In this document: piece by piece, positions 19,101 through 24,000 of the stretch
Layout: every line of letters starts with the position of its first letter
Numbering within the stretch: the stretch's first letter is position 1
Assembly (NCBI RefSeq): GCF_009912395.1
Contig: NZ_WNDO01000020.1
Coordinates: 83,255-107,254 of the forward strand
Direction of reading: 5' to 3'
DNA: 24,000 nucleotides
Source: Luteibacter sp.
Lineage (GTDB): Bacteria; Pseudomonadota; Gammaproteobacteria; Xanthomonadales; Rhodanobacteraceae
Translations under genes and position numbers: made by a program
The notes under the pieces: model-generated
Databases searched by the model: none
What the model was told of the DNA's origin: nothing
Seen by the model: the letters and a program-made list of their open reading frames with translations, nothing else

Positions 19101-19727
19101 ATGAAAAAGCTGAGCTTGCTTGCCGCCACCGCCATAGCGGCACTCGTATCCATCTCCATCGCGCATGCGGACAACAGCGGCGTCTTCGTCCAGGCAGACG
19201 CAGGTCGCACGACCGTGTCCACCAGCAACGGAAAATTCTCCTTCGGAGTCTCCGGCGGTTATCGCTGGGCGGTCGCCCCCTCCTTCGCCCTCGGCGTGGA
19301 AGCCGGCTATGTGGATCTGGGACATCGCAGCAATACGTATAATTACAGCCTGAACTACGGCCCCCACAGCCTTTCGGGTACCTCACGCAATCGCGGTAGC
19401 GTCAAGGCGGCCACCTTGGGCGTCAACGCCAAGTGGGACATGTCCGAGACGTACTTCCTCATGCTGCGTGGCGGCATCGCACGCTACCGCCTGAACAACA
19501 CGACGAAGTCCTACAGCGTCTCCGATGGCGTGTCGTACAGCGATAGCGATAGCGATATACACAACAGCACCCGATACTACGTCGGCGCAGGCTTCGGTAT
19601 GCATCTGATGCCGAACCTGGACCTTCAGGTCACGTACGACCATTACGCCCCCCGTTACAGCACCTACGGCTATCACCTCTCCCCGAAGCTGAACTCCTGG
19701 TCCGCCGGCGTCGAATACCGCTTCTGA
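19101..19727 (+). CDS. Outer-membrane beta-barrel protein (OmpW/Opa-like, OMP_b-brl family), 208 aa
   Basis: Signal peptide MKKLSLLAATAIAALVSISIAHA|D. Alternating hydrophobic beta-strand pattern. C-terminal SAGVEYRF ends in the terminal Phe of the OMP sorting signal. Confidence 0.85.
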   Translation: MKKLSLLAATAIAALVSISIAHADNSGVFVQADAGRTTVSTSNGKFSFGVSGGYRWAVAPSFALGVEAGYVDLGHRSNTYNYSLNYGPHSLSGTSRNRGSVKAATLGVNAKWDMSETYFLMLRGGIARYRLNNTTKSYSVSDGVSYSDSDSDIHNSTRYYVGAGFGMHLMPNLDLQVTYDHYAPRYSTYGYHLSPKLNSWSAGVEYRF

Positions 19728-19750
19728 TCCACGCGCGGCACCCTGAAAGA

Positions 19751-19775
19751 CGACGGTCGGCTTGCCCGGCCGTCG
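19751..19775. terminator. Hairpin between the convergent OMP and beta-lactamase-family genes
   Basis: CGACGGTCGG / CCGGCCGTCG form an imperfect stem around CTTGC. No clear T run on either strand, so it may only be a stabilising or rho-related structure. Confidence 0.35.
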
Positions 19776-19782
19776 ATCCATC

Positions 19783-20760
19783 TCACTGCATGGTGGCGGC
19801 AACCAGCCCGCCTACTTCCGCGAAAAGCGCATCCGCTTGCTTGGACGACATCTTCGCGTCGCTCAACAGCAGCACGACGATCTTTTTCCGCCCATCGGGT
19901 GCGGTCACGATACCGATGTCGTTCCACGCGGTGAGATGATCGCGGGTCGAAGGACCGGTACCCGTCTTGTCGGCGATCTGGAAGCCGGCTGGCAGACCTG
20001 CGCGGATACGGTTCGGGATGACCTGGGCGGTCATCATGTCCAGCAATCGTTTCGTCGAGGTCGGCGACACCATGTCTCCCGCCTGGAGGCGACGCAGAAA
20101 CGCGCCGGCCGCATCGAGCGTCGTCGAATTGAGCTTGCCGGCCACGACCGCCGCGAAGCCCTTCGTCAGGCGACGATCCTGCTCGGCCTCCGAGATATCG
20201 TCGGGGTACTGTTCGCCCGGCTTGAGATCGTCAAGTACTCGGCCGAGATCACGCTCGCCCATGTCGATGCGCATCCCATGCACGCCCTTGCCTTCGAGAT
20301 AAGCCGTCACGACCTTGCCGCCGCCCAGGACACGGATCAGGGCATCCACCGCCGTGTTGTCGCTTTGCGTCACGGCCGCATGCAGCAATTCGTCGATCGT
20401 GAGATCGAGCGACCCCGACTTCAGGCGCACGCCCACCGAGGGAACCGCCGATCCGGGAACCACATCGGCGGGAGTCAGGTGCACCTTCTTGTCGAACGAC
20501 AGCTTGCCCGCGTCGATCTGGTCCAGCACAGCCGCCGCCACCGGCGCCTTGAACACGCTCATCATCAGGTAGCTGCGGTCGTCGTTCACCTTGATGGTGT
20601 CGCCCGTCACAGGATCCATGACGAGAATGCCCAGCGTACCGGGCCGGGCTTTCTTCGCCACCTGCTCGAGCGAGGTACGAAGGTCGACGGCGGACGTGGC
20701 GGCCAACGCCGTGCATGTCGCGAGCGAGAGGGACAGGCCACACAGGAGTTGCTTGATCAT
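19783..20760 (-). CDS. Class A beta-lactamase-family serine hydrolase, secreted, 325 aa
   Basis: Signal peptide MIKQLLCGLSLSLATCTALA. Motifs SVFK (SxxK), SDN and KTG are in class A order and spacing. The region between the putative omega-loop Glu (MGERDL) and NSTTLD carries roughly 25 extra residues. Confidence 0.85.
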   Translation of the reverse strand: MIKQLLCGLSLSLATCTALAATSAVDLRTSLEQVAKKARPGTLGILVMDPVTGDTIKVNDDRSYLMMSVFKAPVAAAVLDQIDAGKLSFDKKVHLTPADVVPGSAVPSVGVRLKSGSLDLTIDELLHAAVTQSDNTAVDALIRVLGGGKVVTAYLEGKGVHGMRIDMGERDLGRVLDDLKPGEQYPDDISEAEQDRRLTKGFAAVVAGKLNSTTLDAAGAFLRRLQAGDMVSPTSTKRLLDMMTAQVIPNRIRAGLPAGFQIADKTGTGPSTRDHLTAWNDIGIVTAPDGRKKIVVLLLSDAKMSSKQADALFAEVGGLVAATMQ

Positions 20761-20848
20761 CGGCAAAAATCCATTGACGGAAACCCGCATAGACTGGGTG
20801 GACGAATGGTCGCGCCAATGGCCGAATGCTGGCGATTTCCGGGCGCGC

Positions 20849-22063
20849 CTAACGTGGCGTCCGGATGGGGACACGACGACCGTAGGTAAAGCAACGCCAG
20901 ACCCATTCGAACGGCCCCATGTCGAAACGTGACATCCACAGCGGTGACCAGATCAGTTGAAGGCACCAGACGCCGACGACGATAGCCCACAACACCGGTC
21001 GATCGACCTGCCCCATCCAGCCACCACGACCGCCGTAGAAGATCGAGGTCATGATCAGCGACTGGGTCAAGTAGTTGGTGAACGCCATGCGCCCGGCCGC
21101 TGCGATCGGTGAAAGCAGGCGCGCGGCCCCGGCCCGTATGAGCAGGATGAGGCCCGCCGCGTAGCCGAGCGCAGCCCAGGGCGACACGATCAACTGAAGG
21201 AAGTGACCGCCGACGACCGGGGATGCGAGGATGTCCTGTTGCCAGGTCAACCAGCACACGAGCGCCAGGGCCAGGGCGCCGACGACAACCAGTACGCGAT
21301 AGCGACGATCAGGCCACGCGCCTGCGAAGAAACCATACTTAAACAAGGCCAGGCCGATCATCATCAACGCCAGGGTCGACGGCACCAGGTCGATATCGCC
21401 ACGCAACAGCTTCAGGTAGGCCTGCGTATTGGCCCGATACGCCCCTTCCCAGGATGACCTGGCGTCGTCGATCTGTGCCGCGATACGGGCCCTGTGTTCG
21501 GCCTGCATATTCGCCGCGTGCTCCGGCGTGACACTCGCGGTCGCCTGGGCAGGATGCGGATACAGATCAGGGAATTCCCGAACGGACATGGCCAGGAATA
21601 ACGCGAGACCCACCGTCATCAGCGTTCGCGGCTTCCACGAACGGCAAAAGAACATGATGCATCCCGTGACGGCATACAACGAAAGGATGTCACCCCACCA
21701 GATGCCGAACCCATGCAGCATGGCAAAGAAGAACAACGTGATGAGCCGCCGCCTGAGCAGGCGACCACGCACCGGATCGTTTCGTTCGCCTCCGACGAGA
21801 AACAACGACACACCGAACAGCATGGAAAACAGCGTCACGAACTTCTCGTGGAAGAACGCGTCCATGAACCAGTACGAGAAGGCAGTCAGGCCTTCGTTGG
21901 GAAACGGCCAGCTTTCCGGCTTGAGCGAGGCGGAGATAGGAACCGCGTAGCCATCCGCGTTGACCGCGAGAATGCCGAGGATTGCGATGCCACGAATCAG
22001 GTCGAGCGACTGGATTCGAAGCTTGGGTTTCGTAGAGGCGGCTTGCGCCGTGATGGATGACAT
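20849..22063 (-). CDS. DUF418 (YeiB-like) polytopic membrane protein, 404 aa
   Basis: SLDLIRGIAILGILAVN N-terminal motif, multiple TM segments, and C-terminal PFEWVWRCFTYG, which is characteristic of DUF418. It is co-directional with the beta-lactamase-family gene and 88 bp upstream of it. Confidence 0.85.
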   Translation of the reverse strand: MSSITAQAASTKPKLRIQSLDLIRGIAILGILAVNADGYAVPISASLKPESWPFPNEGLTAFSYWFMDAFFHEKFVTLFSMLFGVSLFLVGGERNDPVRGRLLRRRLITLFFFAMLHGFGIWWGDILSLYAVTGCIMFFCRSWKPRTLMTVGLALFLAMSVREFPDLYPHPAQATASVTPEHAANMQAEHRARIAAQIDDARSSWEGAYRANTQAYLKLLRGDIDLVPSTLALMMIGLALFKYGFFAGAWPDRRYRVLVVVGALALALVCWLTWQQDILASPVVGGHFLQLIVSPWAALGYAAGLILLIRAGAARLLSPIAAAGRMAFTNYLTQSLIMTSIFYGGRGGWMGQVDRPVLWAIVVGVWCLQLIWSPLWMSRFDMGPFEWVWRCFTYGRRVPIRTPR

Positions 22064-22237
22064 GTCGAACCGGTACCAACGAGCGAAACAAGCGGGCATG
22101 TTTCATCCGCCCTCTCCGCTCAACATGTGCCGGATGGACTATCGGTATCTCTTAAACGTAGCGAACGACCATAAAACAAGGATGGTCGCAGCACGTCCAT
22201 CCATGAAGAGGCCACGCCTATCGTGCCCCATGCGTCC

Positions 22238-22693
22238 TCAGTATCCCGAATTCGTCGACAAGGCCTGGCAGGTCGAATCATGCTCGGGATGCGCGTTGGC
22301 CGCGCACGCGGAGCGCGCTTCCTGCAAGCCTTCCGTCACCCGGTGGCTGCGGCCGGGCGCGTTGTAGGGAATCTCCGCGTTTCCTGGTGCATGCCACGAA
22401 GGCGTCGACGGATTCGCGGCGGATTCGATCGGCGTGATGGCATGCGGCGCTTCCCACGGCGTACCCGCCGTCTGATTATCGCGCTGCTTGATGAGCTTTC
22501 CGTACTCGTGCTTCTGCTCCGGGCTGGCATTCTGGATCATCGCGTTGAGTCGACGGGTTTCTTCTCCCGTGGATTTCATCCGCTTCAGATCCTTGTCCAC
22601 CACCTTGCTCGCCTGCTCCTTCTGCTCGGGCGTGAGCTGGGCATGGGCGGAAAAGGTAGCCACGAGAACAAGAGCCATTATCAGACGTCGCAT
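22238..22693 (-). CDS. Secreted periplasmic protein with LTXXQ-like motifs (CpxP/Spy-like, tentative), 151 aa
   Basis: Signal peptide MRRLIMALVLVATFSAHA|Q, followed by LTPEQKEQ and ASPEQKHEY helical repeats. AAGGA lies 7 nt upstream of the ATG. Confidence 0.6.
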   Translation of the reverse strand: MRRLIMALVLVATFSAHAQLTPEQKEQASKVVDKDLKRMKSTGEETRRLNAMIQNASPEQKHEYGKLIKQRDNQTAGTPWEAPHAITPIESAANPSTPSWHAPGNAEIPYNAPGRSHRVTEGLQEARSACAANAHPEHDSTCQALSTNSGY

Positions 22694-22815
22694 GACGAAT
22701 ATCCTTGGCAGCCGGTAGAAGGAGCTTATCTTCCCCGCGCCTCATCGATGCGCTGCGTGTCTCCGGGCGTTTATCCGCTACTAAGCCTTGGCATTCATCC
22801 CCGGTATGACAACCG

Positions 22816-23007
22816 CTAATTCGACGCCTGATGCAGGATCGCGCTCACGACGACACCCGCTGCGCAGGCCGTCGCGTTGTTGCCACTTGAGGAGCAGACG
22901 GGACCGGGCGGCGACTGAGCGGAAGCCGGCCGATCGTATGCGTAGTCGTGATTCGTGGTGGCGCACCCGGCAAGGGCGACCAAGGCAAAGCAAGCAAGAA
23001 TGCGCAT
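22816..23007 (-). CDS. Small lipoprotein (63 aa)
   Basis: MRILACFALVALAGC has the lipobox LAG|C. GGGGAG lies just upstream of the ATG. Confidence 0.6.
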   Translation of the reverse strand: MRILACFALVALAGCATTNHDYAYDRPASAQSPPGPVCSSSGNNATACAAGVVVSAILHQASN

Positions 23008-23187
23008 GAGACTCCCCGGATCTGTTCAGGAAATCCTCCCCTGATTTCCTCGCCTTGTCTGTAGGGCAATACCTACACCAGCAGCACGCATCGTGGCTCG
23101 CAATCTACCGACGCACACGCTCGGAACGGTGTTCACCCCGCCCGGCAAAGCCGTGCCGCGCGCCATGTCCAAGCGTGAAAAGCGGGT

Positions 23188-23214
23188 ACAAAAAAACCAG
23201 CGTTTCCGCTGGCT
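23188..23214 (-). terminator. Strong rho-independent terminator (minus strand) with no CDS immediately upstream
   Basis: CCAGCG (23197-23202), loop TTTC, CGCTGG (23207-23212). The minus-strand transcript continues into TTTTTTT (A7 at 23190-23196 on plus). Confidence 0.7.
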
Positions 23215-23259
23215 TCTTTGTGCCTCAAGGACTCGTCTGGACGCCCTTGGACTGATCTA

Positions 23260-23282
23260 TGGTGCCGGAAATAGGAATCCAA
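23260..23282 (-). other. tRNA 3'-end-like fragment (T-loop, 3' T-stem, acceptor, CCA), possible att-site remnant
   Basis: The reverse complement TTGGATTCCTATTTCCGGCACCA resembles T-loop TTCGATT + stem + 7-nt acceptor strand + discriminator A + CCA. No 5' half of a tRNA can be folded upstream of it. Confidence 0.3.
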
Positions 23283-23434
23283 TTTTGGCTCTGCCAAGCC
23301 ATTTCTGCCCATGCATGTGCAAAATATGTGCAGATTTTCCAGCTCGGTCTTGTTTAAGTCGAATCCGAGAACTGGTCATGGAATGGCCTACAACCCGCAT
23401 TCCTACGCGGTTTGCTTATTTAATCGCAAAGCAC

Positions 23435-23743
23435 CTACTGATCGGGCCCAAGCTTCTGGAAGTTGTCCCAGAAGGCCCGGCGCTCAGTCCGAAGCCGGTC
23501 GATGTCTGGCAGGTGGTAGGAGAGCCAACGCTCCACCATCCGCCGCCCCTGGGCCTCTGACCCCACGTAGGCCTCCATGTGCCTCATCCAGTCCGCCGTA
23601 GGCATCACCCGGCTCAGATACCGCCCATCTGGCATGGGCCTCACATAGCCGACTTCCACCCCATCGATCGTGCCGACCATGATGTCCGACCCCATCAGGG
23701 CCGGACGCCAGATGATCTCTACGGTGAGGGCTCGGTAGGGCAT
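23435..23743 (-). CDS. Hypothetical protein (102 aa)
   Basis: Open frame with high GC3. It makes noticeably more use of AGG/GGG codons than neighbouring genes. I recognise no family. Confidence 0.5.
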   Translation of the reverse strand: MPYRALTVEIIWRPALMGSDIMVGTIDGVEVGYVRPMPDGRYLSRVMPTADWMRHMEAYVGSEAQGRRMVERWLSYHLPDIDRLRTERRAFWDNFQKLGPDQ

Positions 23744-23805
23744 TAGCCCAGCCTACGCCGGGGCGGTCTCAGGCGGTGGGACACGCCCGGCGGTATGCTC
23801 CGGCC

Positions 23806-24000
23806 ATGACCCACCCCAACGAAGCCGCGGTCCTGCAGTTCGCCAGCATCAACGCTGAGGCGGAGGCCATCGGGTATGCCGTGCTGGCCAGCGACTTCGA
23901 GGAGGCCCGGTTCCGCGCGCACTTGGTGGCGAGCCTCGCCGAGGATCTCGGGCTAAGCCCAATCGTCGACGCGGCGCGCGATGTTGAGTTGCGCCTCGGG
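23806..24000 (+). CDS. Hypothetical protein, 5' fragment running off the window
   Basis: ATG at 23806, with 65 codons open to the window edge (MTHPNEAAVLQFASINAEAEAIGYAVLASDFEEARFRAHLVASLAEDLGL...). Divergent from the previous ORF. Not in the ORF track, presumably because it is incomplete. Confidence 0.45.
   Translation, partial: MTHPNEAAVLQFASINAEAEAIGYAVLASDFEEARFRAHLVASLAEDLGLSPIVDAARDVELRLG

Noticed and set aside
19074-19102. Perfect TTGACA hexamer upstream of the OMP gene as its promoter, together with the nearby inverted repeat TGTCGCG-N9-CGCGACA (19052-19074).
   Set aside because: A 17-bp spacer would put the -10 (ATTCAT) on top of the ATG start codon. The geometry does not fit this gene, and the inverted repeat has no identifiable partner regulator.
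22166-22188. Hairpin CGACCAT-N9-ATGGTCG downstream of the LTXXQ-like gene as a terminator.
   Set aside because: The stem is short, the loop is 9 nt, and there is no T run on the relevant (minus) strand.
23260-23343. A complete (long-arm) tRNA or tmRNA on the minus strand.
   Set aside because: Only the 3' 23 nt look tRNA-like. The 5' T-stem partner does not pair, there is no D arm (no GCTCAG..GAGC-type element), and the candidate 5' acceptor (GCTGGAA) mismatches. It is treated as a fragment only.

Overview
High-GC chromosomal segment. Gene content and the REP-type repeat suggest a gamma-proteobacterium of the Xanthomonadales/Lysobacterales type; this taxonomic call is inference only.

Layout, left to right:
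- 1-7150, housekeeping block: 3' end of an RND efflux permease, a REP inverted doublet between two terminators, an acyl-CoA dehydrogenase, an ArsR-methyltransferase (SahR-like) regulator followed by a split methionine synthase (metH in two translationally coupled ORFs), a LabN-type membrane protein and tRNA-Val(CAC) with a near-consensus promoter.
- 7198-14453, minus strand: a type IV pilus minor-pilin/PilY1 operon (pilV-pilW-pilX-pilY1-pilE-fimT-like).
- 14.6-23.2 kb, accessory-looking block: small hypothetical ORFs, a GNAT acetyltransferase, a degenerate AroQ-like protein, a genuine tetR/tetA-type cassette with two tetO-like palindromes, an HTH plus small-ORF pair, an outer-membrane beta-barrel protein, a DUF418 membrane protein plus a class A beta-lactamase-family gene, a periplasmic LTXXQ-like protein and a small lipoprotein.
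- About 23.19-23.43 kb: an orphan terminator, a tRNA 3'-end-like fragment and a low-GC patch. This could be a genomic-island boundary.

Most notable points:
- pilY1 is interrupted by a frameshift in a G6 homopolymer just downstream of (a few codons after) its signal-peptide coding region.
- The tet-like cassette is very compact and has no mobile-element context.
- The AroQ-fold protein appears to have lost its catalytic motifs.

No CRISPR array, IS element, transposase or integrase is recognisable in the window. I did not find a convincing multi-gene novel system, such as a defence island.
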